Source: Patescibacteria group bacterium
GTDB taxonomy: Bacteria > Patescibacteriota > Minisyncoccia > HO2-45-28
DNA length: 46,116 nucleotides
Direction: 5' to 3'
Assembly (NCBI GenBank): GCA_038064075.1
Contig: JBBTTU010000017.1
Span: 1 to 46,116, forward strand
The first letter of the stretch is position 1. Each line of letters begins with the position of its first letter. A model generated the notes under the pieces. The model saw only the letters and a list, made by a program, of their open reading frames with translations. It searched no databases and was not told the DNA's origin. This document shows positions 1-8,106 of the stretch, one piece after another. Both the position numbers and the translations under genes were made by a program.

Positions 1-557
1 CCGCAGGAGGTGGAAAAGCCTCCTCCTCCTACTCCTCCGCTGCCGCCGATTCCGCCTCCGCTTCCGCTTCCATTACCTCCGCTACTGCCGTTGTTTCCGC
101 CAATACCTCCGCTACTTCCGCCTCCGCCGCCTGATCCGCTTGTGGCGCCTCCGCCATCTCCGCCACCGCCCAATCCGCTGGTGGCGCCTCCGCCGCCTCC
201 GCTGCTGCTTCCTCCGCATAATGGAATAGGTCCTCTGCCTACGGAATTATCGGGGAAAATACACTGGGTTGAAACCGAAGAACCGACAACTGCGCCGGCT
301 ACTCCTCCTGCGATAGCGCCGATGGTAACGGCGCTAAAAAGACCGCCGACACCGGCGCCAGCGCCGACGGTAAAAATGTTACCCGCTATTACAGCGCCGG
401 CTATTCCTCCGGTAGCAGCAACTGCCACAGTGATTACCGCTATTCCAACTATTTGACCAACAGGACTACTTGCCACCCCTCCGGCGTAAGCCGGCTGAAG
501 CCAGCTGAAATAAAAAACAACAGCCAAAATCAAAAATGAAATATAAAGTTTATTCAT
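1..557 (-). CDS. Secreted Gly-rich protein, runs off the left edge: signal peptide, hydrophobic Gly/Ala (glycine-zipper-like) segment, Gly/Ser linker
   Basis: Not in the ORF track. Manual minus-strand translation from ATG at 557: MNKLYISFLILAVVFYFSWLQPAYA|GGVASSPVGQIVGIAVITVAVAATGGIAGAVIAG...CIFPDNSVGRGPIPLCGGSSSGGGGG..., open to the window edge. TAAAAT lies 6 nt upstream. Confidence 0.85.
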   Translation of the reverse strand, partial: MNKLYISFLILAVVFYFSWLQPAYAGGVASSPVGQIVGIAVITVAVAATGGIAGAVIAGNIFTVGAGAGVGGLFSAVTIGAIAGGVAGAVVGSSVSTQCIFPDNSVGRGPIPLCGGSSSGGGGGATSGLGGGGDGGGATSGSGGGGGSSGGIGGNNGSSGGNGSGSGGGIGGSGGVGGGGFSTSC

Positions 558-599
558 ATTATGATTTTAATCCAGCATGGGATATTAATACAAAATAAG

Positions 600-608
600 T
601 TATTCACA
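600..608 (+). promoter_or_regulatory. DnaA-box consensus match
   Basis: TTATTCACA matches TTATNCACA; intergenic, about 30 bp upstream of the -10 of the Gly-rich gene. Confidence 0.45.
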
Positions 609-623
609 GATTTATAAAATAAT

Positions 624-659
624 AAAAGCCCCTTACAATTTGTATGTAAGGGAGCTTTT
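624..659 (-). terminator. Intrinsic terminator after the lipoprotein gene
   Basis: AAAAGCCCCTTACA...TGTAAGGGAGCTTTT imperfect inverted repeat with T tracts on both strands, just past the stop at 669. Confidence 0.7.
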
Positions 660-668
660 TGCTTCCAA

Positions 669-1157
669 TTATAATAATTTTTTAATATCTACGGCGAAAG
701 CGATGGCTAAATTTTTCATCATTTTCTCCAAAAATGATTGTCCCAAAATTTTTGAAATCGAGAAAATTATCTCCATCTTTCCTACCTCCTTCCCTTTTCG
801 GAAAGTAACTCTGTATTTCATCCGTCCGCCGGTTCTTAAACTTAAGAGATTGTATTTTTCACCAATCTCTGTTTCCACTGTTAACGTGTTCTCCGTTGGA
901 ACACTAATAATTTTAACTCCTTTTTTTTCTAATTCATTTTGGAGAGCTTGTCTCCAAAAATTAGCGATGTAATCTTGTCGTTCTTGATCCGCCGGTTCGG
1001 TTAGCTTGAGATTTTTGAATACCCTCACGGCGCCAATCGCTACGCCGTCGGTGTCTTTCTTAAAATATCGCTTTTGCTCCGGCGTTATCTGAATAGAACC
1101 ACATGATAACAACGCCAATACTAACACTACTAATACTATTACTATTTTTAATTTCAT
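669..1157 (-). CDS. Hypothetical lipoprotein
   Basis: MKLK, hydrophobic stretch, lipobox-like LLSC; purine-rich SD (AGGGAGGGAG); own promoter and terminator. Confidence 0.8.
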   Translation of the reverse strand: MKLKIVIVLVVLVLALLSCGSIQITPEQKRYFKKDTDGVAIGAVRVFKNLKLTEPADQERQDYIANFWRQALQNELEKKGVKIISVPTENTLTVETEIGEKYNLLSLRTGGRMKYRVTFRKGKEVGKMEIIFSISKILGQSFLEKMMKNLAIAFAVDIKKLL

Positions 1158-1233
1158 TTTCTCCCTCCCTATTTAATAACTTTCCTCACGATTAAGGAAA
1201 GTTAAAATTTTGTTAAAATTACATTATTTCTGT

Positions 1234-1262
1234 ATTATACACCCTATCTCTAAAAATGTCAA
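1234..1262 (-). promoter_or_regulatory. Consensus sigma70 promoter for the lipoprotein gene
   Basis: Minus strand TTGACA-N17-TATAAT, a perfect match. Confidence 0.8.
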
Positions 1263-1365
1263 ATTGTGCCCTTTAATTAAAGCGCTTATTTGCCAAAATT
1301 GAGGACATGGGCGATACTTTAGAAATAATAGTTTTTGCCGACGTTCTCAATAAAAACCCGACATT

Positions 1366-3213
1366 ATGAATAAAAAACAAAAAACAGACATGAATAAAAT
1401 ACGGCATTCTTTATCGCATTTGCTGGCTATTGCCGTTTTGGAAAGATTCCCAGGCGCAAAATTGGGAATCGGCCCGACCATAGAAAACGGCTTTTATTAC
1501 GACTTCGACTTGTCCGCCGTAGCTTCAGCGAAAGAGGGATTGTCGCGCCAATTAAGCGGCAATGAACTTCCGGCGATAGAAAAAAAGATTAAAGAACTGA
1601 TAAGACGGGATTTAAAATTCAAAAAAAAAATTATTTCATTTGCTGAAGCAAAAAAAATATTCGGCGACCAGCCGTATAAACTTGAACTCATTGAAGAACT
1701 CAATAAAAACAAAAAAAGAATTTCCTTATATAAAACTATTGATAACGACAAAATTTTATTTGCGGACCTCTGCGCCGGACCGCATGTCGTTTCAACCAAA
1801 GAAATAAATCCCGATGCTTTTAAAATTGAAAGAACCGCGGGCGCGTATTGGAGAGGCGACGAAAAAAATACAATGCTCACCCGCGTCTATGGAGTGGCTT
1901 TCAGCTTCAAAAAGGAGCTGGACGGCTATTTGAATATTATGGAAGAAGCCGAAAGACGCGACCATAGAAAGCTCGGCAAAGAGCTGAACCTTTTTCACAT
2001 TGACGACGCCGTCGGGCTCGGGCTTCCGCTTTGGCATCCAAAAGGCGCCATTTTATGGAGAATAATAGAAGATTTTTGGTATAAAAAACATCTTGAAAAT
2101 GACTACGAACTCGTTAGAACTCCGCATATTGGAAGCCGAAAACTCTGGGAGATTTCGGAACACTGGGGATTTTATAATAAATCGATGTATCCCCCGCTTG
2201 AAATCGGCCAGACACTGGAAGAAAAACAGCAGAATAAAAAGGCGGAGGTTTCCGAAGAATACCTGCTCAAACCAATGAACTGCCCGCTTCAAATTCAAAT
2301 TTATAAAAACTCCCCAAAATCATATCGTGAACTTCCCATTCGCTGGGCGGAATGCGGAACTGTTTACCGTTTTGAAAAAAAAGGAGAATTGTCCGGCCTC
2401 ACCAGAGTGAGGGGATTTACCCAGGACGACGCCCATATCATCTGCACAAAAAATCAAGTGAAAGAAGAGTTAAAGCTCGTAATAGATTTTATAGAATTTA
2501 TTTACCGCTCGTTCGGATTTGAAATGAAAAATGTGGGCGTATATCTCTCTCTGCGCGATCCAAAAGACAAAAAGAAATATGCCGGAAATGATGCCGGCTG
2601 GAAATTCACGGAAAATATTTTGAGAAAAGTCGCCAAAGAAAAAAAACTGAAATTTAAAGAAGAAGTCGGTGAGGCCGCCTTTTACGGACCTAAACTGGAT
2701 TTCAAAATAAAAGACGTTCTTGGACGGGAATGGCAATGTTCCACTCTGCAATTTGACTTCAATCTTCCGGAGAAATTTAATATGACCTACACCGATGAAA
2801 AAGGCAAACAAGAAAGACCGTATATGCTTCACCGTGCCCTTTTTGGATCGTATGAAAGATTTATTGGCCTTCTAATAGAGCATTATGCCGGTGATTTCCC
2901 AATCTGGCTGTCACCCGATCAAATTTGGATTTTGCCTATAAGCTCGCGGCACGAAAAATACGCTTTTAAAGTCGCCGAAGCGCTAAAACAACAAGGCTTC
3001 AGAGTTGTTATTAAGAACGAAAATGAAACTATCAGCAAAAAAATCCGTGAAGGCGAGCTTCAAAAAATCCCTTATCTGCTCATTGTCGGAGATAAAGAAA
3101 TGATTTCTGATTCCGTGGCAGTACGCAAGAGAGGCAAGAACGATTTAGGATTGATGAAAATAATCAATCTAATAAATAAGGTTAAAATTGAAATAGAAAC
3201 TAAAAGTAAGTAG
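1366..3213 (+). CDS. thrS: Threonine--tRNA ligase, lacking the N-terminal TGS domain
   Basis: HSLSHLLA, GFYYDFD, DLCAGPH, GAYWRGD, RDHRKLG, KPMNCP, GLTRVRGFTQDDAH, AFYGPK, HRALFGSYERF. Confidence 0.98.
   Translation: MNKKQKTDMNKIRHSLSHLLAIAVLERFPGAKLGIGPTIENGFYYDFDLSAVASAKEGLSRQLSGNELPAIEKKIKELIRRDLKFKKKIISFAEAKKIFGDQPYKLELIEELNKNKKRISLYKTIDNDKILFADLCAGPHVVSTKEINPDAFKIERTAGAYWRGDEKNTMLTRVYGVAFSFKKELDGYLNIMEEAERRDHRKLGKELNLFHIDDAVGLGLPLWHPKGAILWRIIEDFWYKKHLENDYELVRTPHIGSRKLWEISEHWGFYNKSMYPPLEIGQTLEEKQQNKKAEVSEEYLLKPMNCPLQIQIYKNSPKSYRELPIRWAECGTVYRFEKKGELSGLTRVRGFTQDDAHIICTKNQVKEELKLVIDFIEFIYRSFGFEMKNVGVYLSLRDPKDKKKYAGNDAGWKFTENILRKVAKEKKLKFKEEVGEAAFYGPKLDFKIKDVLGREWQCSTLQFDFNLPEKFNMTYTDEKGKQERPYMLHRALFGSYERFIGLLIEHYAGDFPIWLSPDQIWILPISSRHEKYAFKVAEALKQQGFRVVIKNENETISKKIREGELQKIPYLLIVGDKEMISDSVAVRKRGKNDLGLMKIINLINKVKIEIETKSK
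1510..1544. repeat. 30-bp in-frame insert (LSAVASAKEG) in thrS bounded by TTGTC direct repeats
   Basis: TTGTC at 1510 and 1540; removing 30 bp gives FYYDFDLSRQLS, the usual spacing. Confidence 0.65.
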
Positions 3214-3219
3214 TTTTAA

Positions 3220-4425
3220 CTAAACAATTTTCACAAAGTGCCTTTTCCCTTTCTGGATCACGCTGCCGCTTCTGATTATTCCGTCAATTGATTTTATGAT
3301 TTTGCCGTCAACCCTGATGCTTCTTTGATTGATCAACCGGCGGGCATCGCTTTTGCTTTTTGCCAATTTGCTCAAAACCAGCGCATCTATTATGTTTTTA
3401 TTTCCGAACTTCATTTTTTGGATTTGGGCCGGAATTTCTTTTTTTTGAAAAACAGCGACAAAGTGCTTCTTGGACAGCTCGGCATTTTTTTCTCCCCACC
3501 AGATTTTTACGATTTCAAGCGCCAATTCCATTTTGATGTCGCGCGCCTTGCCGGCGCCGCTTTTTAATTCTTCGGCGTATTTTCTAACCTCTACCATCGG
3601 AACTCTGGTGCAATGCTCAAAATAACTTACCATTAAATTGTCAGGCAAGCTCATCACTTTTCCGAAGATATCGCCCGGTTCGTCTAAAATATCAATGGTA
3701 TTGCCGAAACTTTTGCTCATTTTCCGGCCGTCGGTTCCCAAAATAAGATTGGTCATCAAAATGTCTTGAGGCGCTTGCCGGTAATATGACTGAAGCGTCC
3801 GGCCGGCCAAAAGATTAAATCGCTGGTCCGTTCCCCCGATTTCCAAATCGGCTTTGACTGCCGCGCTGTCGTAGCCCTGCATCAAGGGATAGAGCAGTTC
3901 CCGCAAAGAAACCCGTTTTCCGGCGGCGAGGCGCCTTTTTATATTTTCCCGATTGATAAATTCAGCCAGAGAAAATTGATCAGTCTGCTTCCCTATTTCG
4001 GCGTATCCCAATTTTTTAAGCCATTTTGAATTATAATGAATTTCTGTTTTTTTAATATCCAGGATTTTTTCGGCCTGTTTGAGATAAGTTTTCATGTTCT
4101 TTTTGACTTCTTTTTCCGCGAGCATCGGCCGTTCGGATTTTTTGTCGGACGTGTCGCCGATCTGGCCGGTAAAATCGCCAATAATGAAAATTATCTGATG
4201 TCCTAATTCCTGAAAATCTTTTAATTTCAGAAGCGCGACAGCGTTGCCCAAATGAATATTGGGGCTGGTCGGATCAATGCCGAATTTTACTCTCAATTTT
4301 TCGCCGGCCGCGTCAGACGCGGCGCCGGCCAGCAGTCGCTTTTTTAAGCGCATCCGATCAATGACTTCGTTGACGCCGCGAGTCAATAATTCGTCAATTT
4401 CTTTTTCACTAAAATTTATCGCCAT
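3220..4425 (-). CDS. tyrS: Tyrosine--tRNA ligase
   Basis: KFGIDPT, HLGN (HIGH), YPLMQGYD, GGTDQRFN, KMSKS, C-terminal S4-like domain ending KGKRHF. Confidence 0.98.
   Translation of the reverse strand: MAINFSEKEIDELLTRGVNEVIDRMRLKKRLLAGAASDAAGEKLRVKFGIDPTSPNIHLGNAVALLKLKDFQELGHQIIFIIGDFTGQIGDTSDKKSERPMLAEKEVKKNMKTYLKQAEKILDIKKTEIHYNSKWLKKLGYAEIGKQTDQFSLAEFINRENIKRRLAAGKRVSLRELLYPLMQGYDSAAVKADLEIGGTDQRFNLLAGRTLQSYYRQAPQDILMTNLILGTDGRKMSKSFGNTIDILDEPGDIFGKVMSLPDNLMVSYFEHCTRVPMVEVRKYAEELKSGAGKARDIKMELALEIVKIWWGEKNAELSKKHFVAVFQKKEIPAQIQKMKFGNKNIIDALVLSKLAKSKSDARRLINQRSIRVDGKIIKSIDGIIRSGSVIQKGKRHFVKIV
4303..4329. repeat. 21-bp in-frame palindromic insert in tyrS
   Basis: GCCGCGTC-A-GACGCGGC (4307-4323) between GCCGGC direct repeats 21 bp apart. 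Confidence 0.55.
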
Positions 4426-4492
4426 AAAATGACTCCGAGACGCGATTTAGAAGCACTTTGCTTGAAACTTCGGTAAAATCCCATGTTCTTTC

Positions 4493-6391
4493 TCAGTTGC
4501 CGATGGAATAAACTCGAACAATATTATCATACATAATAGATGCATATAGCTTATTGCCATGAACTTCTAAACCCACCGGGTTGTCTGAGTTCAGGGGTAC
4601 AGAAGAACCGATCAACGCGGAGCTAAATGGAAGCTCAAACTTTGTTATGTATACTCCTTCAGAATCATAAACTTGAATTTTGCCGTTAGAGTGATCCGCG
4701 ACCCATATTCTAAATTTGTCATCTACATCAATGAAGTATGGCTGATAATTCAATTGTATCTTTTTAATAAGTTCCCCTTGCGGAGTTTGGATTGTTATAG
4801 AGCTATTATTATCATACACATAATGGTCCCCCGGCGGCGGCAAAGATTGGTTACCCCAATTCGTAAAGTAAACTCGATTATTATTATCTATAGCAACGTT
4901 TCTTGGATAATAATTGCTTCCAAGAGAAAGATTCGTTATTTTCTGCCCCTCCTTATTAAATACTTCTAATTCTCTTCCTGAAACATAAAACAATTTATCG
5001 CTATTAACTGCGATCCCTTGGCGCGCCCGTGAGGAAAATCCGCTTAAATATGTGCCCGCTGGCGAGAATACCTGCACACGATCATTGTTCGTATCAGTTA
5101 TATAGGCATTGCCCGAAGTATCAAAGGCTATATCCCAAGGTTCGCTAAATTGGCCCGGCGCACTTCCGCGCGTACTTCCTAGGGTTCTAAGCAAATTAAA
5201 ATTGGAGTTATAAACTTTAACGTTGTCATTATGATAATCGGCAACATAAATTTCTCCCGCCGGACTTATTGCAACTCCCGCAGGATGATAGAGTCCTGTA
5301 ATCTGCCCGATTGCTTCAATAGAAGGGACCGAGCGGTCATTGGGCGGATTAGAATAAGTTGAAGTTATGGGACTTGAGGGCGTTAATGTAGTAAATGACT
5401 GCTCACTGCTTGTTGCCGCATTACCGCTTCCGTCTTTTGATACCACAATGTAATAATGCACTGTAGAATTGCCAAGACCAGATAGATTTACACTATGACT
5501 TGTCACACCGCCAGACCCAGTTGTTTTTATCGTGGATGTAGCGGGGATTGGAGAGATCAAAGCATAGTACACCTCACTGCTTGCTGATTCATCTGTTGTC
5601 CAAGTGATCGTTACTGAAGTTTCCGCGATGTTCACGGCTTGCACGTTGGAGATTATCGGCAGGGTAGTATCGAGTACTGTTGGCGTAGCTGGCGTTGCGG
5701 GCGTAGCAGATGTAACAGATGTAGCACTGCCACCACTTTCTGATGACGGTATTGCAGATTCAGCGGGTGTTGCTGGAGTAGCCGGAACAACACCGGAAGG
5801 AGTCGAGGTGACTACGGTTGGAGTAGTTGTCGCTTCCTCCGTAGTTGTTGTCGCAATACTTTTTTTGATTCCCGGCGCCGTGGTTAATCCTGGTGGTTTT
5901 ACTCCAGAGCTTCCTGCGCCGTTAGCTCCGAGTTCGTTTAACTTAGCTCTTGTTTTTGGGCCGACCTGTCCGTATCCGGTTGTAACGGGCCCGCCACCGC
6001 TAATTATATTTTCTTTTTCTTGTAATCGCTGCACTGCTGCTTCGGTAAGCCGCCCAAAATATCCCGTAACCAACCCTTCAGGATAAATGTCAGGAAATTG
6101 TTTAAGAAATTCTTGCAGTTCTTTCACTTCGTTTCCACTGACACCCATGTGCAGTGTTTTTGTGAATTTAAGTTCAATTTTTACCTCTTCAAGTTGGGAT
6201 TTTGTAACCGCCAGTTCAGATTTAAGTTTCTCTATCTGTGTTTGTAGTGTCTTAATTTGCTCTTGTAGTTGCAGAATGACAGTTTGTAAATCCTGTTTGT
6301 TGGTTTGCGCGGAAACAAAAATAAATTGGACGCTAAATGTACTGAGCAGAATAACGACAACGATTAAATATGTTTTGATAGCCATTTTCAT
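4493..6391 (-). CDS. Secreted surface protein: signal peptide, coiled coil, peptidoglycan-binding domain, Thr/Pro linker, Fn3-like domain, NHL-repeat beta-propeller
   Basis: GVSGNEVKELQEFL...TGYFGRLTEAAVQRLQ...GQVGPKTRAKLN (PG-binding); ITWTTDE...HSVNLSGL...YYIVVSKD (Fn3); P-G-VA...IYVAD..N and PWDIAFD...YITDTNNDRVQVF (NHL). Confidence 0.85.
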   Translation of the reverse strand: MKMAIKTYLIVVVILLSTFSVQFIFVSAQTNKQDLQTVILQLQEQIKTLQTQIEKLKSELAVTKSQLEEVKIELKFTKTLHMGVSGNEVKELQEFLKQFPDIYPEGLVTGYFGRLTEAAVQRLQEKENIISGGGPVTTGYGQVGPKTRAKLNELGANGAGSSGVKPPGLTTAPGIKKSIATTTTEEATTTPTVVTSTPSGVVPATPATPAESAIPSSESGGSATSVTSATPATPATPTVLDTTLPIISNVQAVNIAETSVTITWTTDESASSEVYYALISPIPATSTIKTTGSGGVTSHSVNLSGLGNSTVHYYIVVSKDGSGNAATSSEQSFTTLTPSSPITSTYSNPPNDRSVPSIEAIGQITGLYHPAGVAISPAGEIYVADYHNDNVKVYNSNFNLLRTLGSTRGSAPGQFSEPWDIAFDTSGNAYITDTNNDRVQVFSPAGTYLSGFSSRARQGIAVNSDKLFYVSGRELEVFNKEGQKITNLSLGSNYYPRNVAIDNNNRVYFTNWGNQSLPPPGDHYVYDNNSSITIQTPQGELIKKIQLNYQPYFIDVDDKFRIWVADHSNGKIQVYDSEGVYITKFELPFSSALIGSSVPLNSDNPVGLEVHGNKLYASIMYDNIVRVYSIGN

Positions 6392-6730
6392 ATTAACTTA
6401 GCTTATTTTAATATCTTAACATTTTTAACAATTTTTGTTAGAACCTCCGTTTTTTCCGTATTTTCGGCGGAAACGAAAACTATGGTATGGACAATAAACC
6501 AACAATTAAGATGGTTAAAAAGACGTATATAAGTTTATTTTTCATAAATTTTAATTAAACGTTAAACTAGTATGGTTTTATTTTACCATAGTTGGAACCT
6601 CTGCAAAATACTGAAAAGATTATTTAATTTTCAGAAGAAATCGGTTTTGATATTCAAAAACTTCTAATTCCCTATACGGGCAACGAGACGATGTTAGAAC
6701 CCGCAAAATTTCTGAAATCCAAAACGGCAA

Positions 6731-6750
6731 TTGGCGCGATTAAGCGCCAA
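6731..6750 (-). terminator. Hairpin downstream of tRNA-Gly, possible terminator
   Basis: TTGGCGC-GATTAA-GCGCCAA, 13 nt after the tRNA 3' end; weak T tract. Confidence 0.45.
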
Positions 6751-6763
6751 AAGTCCAACATTG

Positions 6764-6834
6764 TGCGGGATACCAGAATCGAACTGGCGTTTCTTGCTTG
6801 GGAAGCAAATGTTTTGCCACTAAACTAATCCCGC
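6764..6834 (-). tRNA. tRNA-Gly(CCC), CCA not encoded
   Basis: GCGGGAT/ATCCCGC acceptor stem, TTTGC-TTCCCAA-GCAAG anticodon arm, GCCAG-TTCGATT-CTGGT T arm. Confidence 0.95.
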
Positions 6835-6850
6835 AAACTAATGTCTTTCA

Positions 6851-6932
6851 AATCATTAGAACCAACGTAAAACTTTTTACGGTTTCTCATAATGTCTATA
6901 CAAAATAAAACTTTTGAAAACTTCTAACGGGG
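6851..6932. mobile_element. Degenerate ~82-bp CCCGTTAG/CTAACGGG miniature element
   Basis: Intact end CTTCTAACGGGG (6921-6932) contains the TAG stop of the neighbouring gene; decayed partner AATCATTAGAA at the family-typical distance. Confidence 0.4.
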
Positions 6933-7472
6933 CTTGTCAACCAGCTCGCCGTTTTGCCAAACGTAAGGCAAGTAACGGACTTTTACATCGGCTTTTTGGA
7001 GCCGTTCTTTCAGCCATTCGTTAAAATCTTTTCCGTCTTTTTCCAGCCGCTCGGCCAAAATATCCTGCCGGATCTGAGGCTCAATTAAAAATTTCATTGA
7101 TTCCTGACTAGTCCAACCGTAAAGCTTTTCGGTCGCTTTTTCAAATTTTCCGCCGTCCGGCCGGTTTAGCTCCTTTTCAATCCGGTCTTTAATCTCATTA
7201 TCGGAAATATCAAATTTGGCAAGCTCTTCTTTGATAAGCGCTTCTCTTATCAGCGAAAAAACAATGCCGCGCTTTACGGCATTTTCATCCAGTTCTTCTT
7301 TAGTTGTTCGGCGGTAATGTTCAAACCCGCTGACTCTGCCGAAATAAGCGCCGGTCCTGATCCGAACGCCGTTTACTTTTAAAATATGAAACCAGGCGCC
7401 GGACCAAACCAAAAATAAAGCGGCCGCGCCGATGATAAAAAGAAATATTAAACCCAAAAATGTTTTTTTCAT
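6924..7472 (-). CDS. Membrane-anchored SurA/PrsA N-terminal-domain-like protein
   Basis: Likely start MKKTFLGLIF at 7472 (the longer ORF overlaps the upstream gene); N-terminal TM, KVNG, LI.EALI..E, LYGWT, FNEWLKERLQKADVK. Confidence 0.65.
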   Translation of the reverse strand: MKKTFLGLIFLFIIGAAALFLVWSGAWFHILKVNGVRIRTGAYFGRVSGFEHYRRTTKEELDENAVKRGIVFSLIREALIKEELAKFDISDNEIKDRIEKELNRPDGGKFEKATEKLYGWTSQESMKFLIEPQIRQDILAERLEKDGKDFNEWLKERLQKADVKVRYLPYVWQNGELVDKPR

Positions 7473-7476
7473 CCCG

Positions 7477-7878
7477 TTAGAAGTTTCGGAAGTTAAAGAA
7501 ATTTTTAAAAAAGTCATAAAATTTTTGACGAAGAGTTTCGGATGAACCGGCTTTATTTTCAGGATTTTGAGCTTGTCGATCAACAATAATAGCCAGTTCC
7601 TCGTCCGGTTTTTTCAAGCTGAATCTGCGGCGCAATTCTTTTTCCAAACCGTAAGGACTGGAAAGATACTCGAGGCGGCTTTCCAAATCGTCTTTTTTCC
7701 GGCTGAGTTCTTCGCGATCTTTTTTAACCTTCAAATAAGCTTCGTTGACGGCGCTGAAACTAAGATAATTTTGAAACGCAAAACGGACGATGAACGCGGC
7801 CAAAACCGCAAGCAAAATAATCAGCGGCCGGGAAAAAATTATTTTTCGGATCAAACTCTGCCTTTGAAAACTCCTCAT
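7477..7878 (-). CDS. Septum formation initiator family protein (FtsB/DivIC-like)
   Basis: Single TM, coiled coil, LEYLSSPYGLEKELRRRFSLKKPDEE. Confidence 0.8.
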   Translation of the reverse strand: MRSFQRQSLIRKIIFSRPLIILLAVLAAFIVRFAFQNYLSFSAVNEAYLKVKKDREELSRKKDDLESRLEYLSSPYGLEKELRRRFSLKKPDEELAIIVDRQAQNPENKAGSSETLRQKFYDFFKNFFNFRNF

Positions 7879-7959
7879 CCCATTAGAAATTTGTCTTAAT
7901 TACGCTTTTCGACTAATATTATGGTATCCCCCGCCAGAATAACTTAATTTCTAACGGGA
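7878..7959. mobile_element. 82-bp miniature inverted-repeat element, CCCGTTAG family
   Basis: TCCCATTAGAAATT ... AATTTCTAACGGGA (13/14 inverted match), flanks CTCA/CTCG. Confidence 0.7.
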
Positions 7960-7984
7960 CTCGTTTACTTTTATCATACATTAT

Positions 7985-8101
7985 ATGGCTTTCGGATCCA
8001 AAAAAAGCAAAAGATATCGTTTGATCTGGATGGCAATCAGCATTATCGCGGTTTTGGGCATGATTGCTTATCTTTTCATTCCGTTTATTTCAATTTTTTA
8101 A
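7985..8101 (+). CDS. 38-aa single-TM small protein
   Basis: Manual translation MAFGSKKSKRYRLIWMAISIIAVLGMIAYLFIPFISIF; fills the gap before lepA; below the ORF-track cutoff. Confidence 0.65.
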   Translation: MAFGSKKSKRYRLIWMAISIIAVLGMIAYLFIPFISIF

Positions 8102-8106
8102 CGGAG

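Noticed and set aside
10-456. Pro-rich 148-aa ORF on the + strand
   Set aside because: Antisense shadow of the Gly-rich minus-strand gene, which has a signal peptide and a promoter.
4430-4452. Possible tRNA-end (att) remnant upstream of tyrS bounding an island with tRNA-Gly
   Set aside because: It does not match the tRNA-Gly 3' end and is too degenerate to support.
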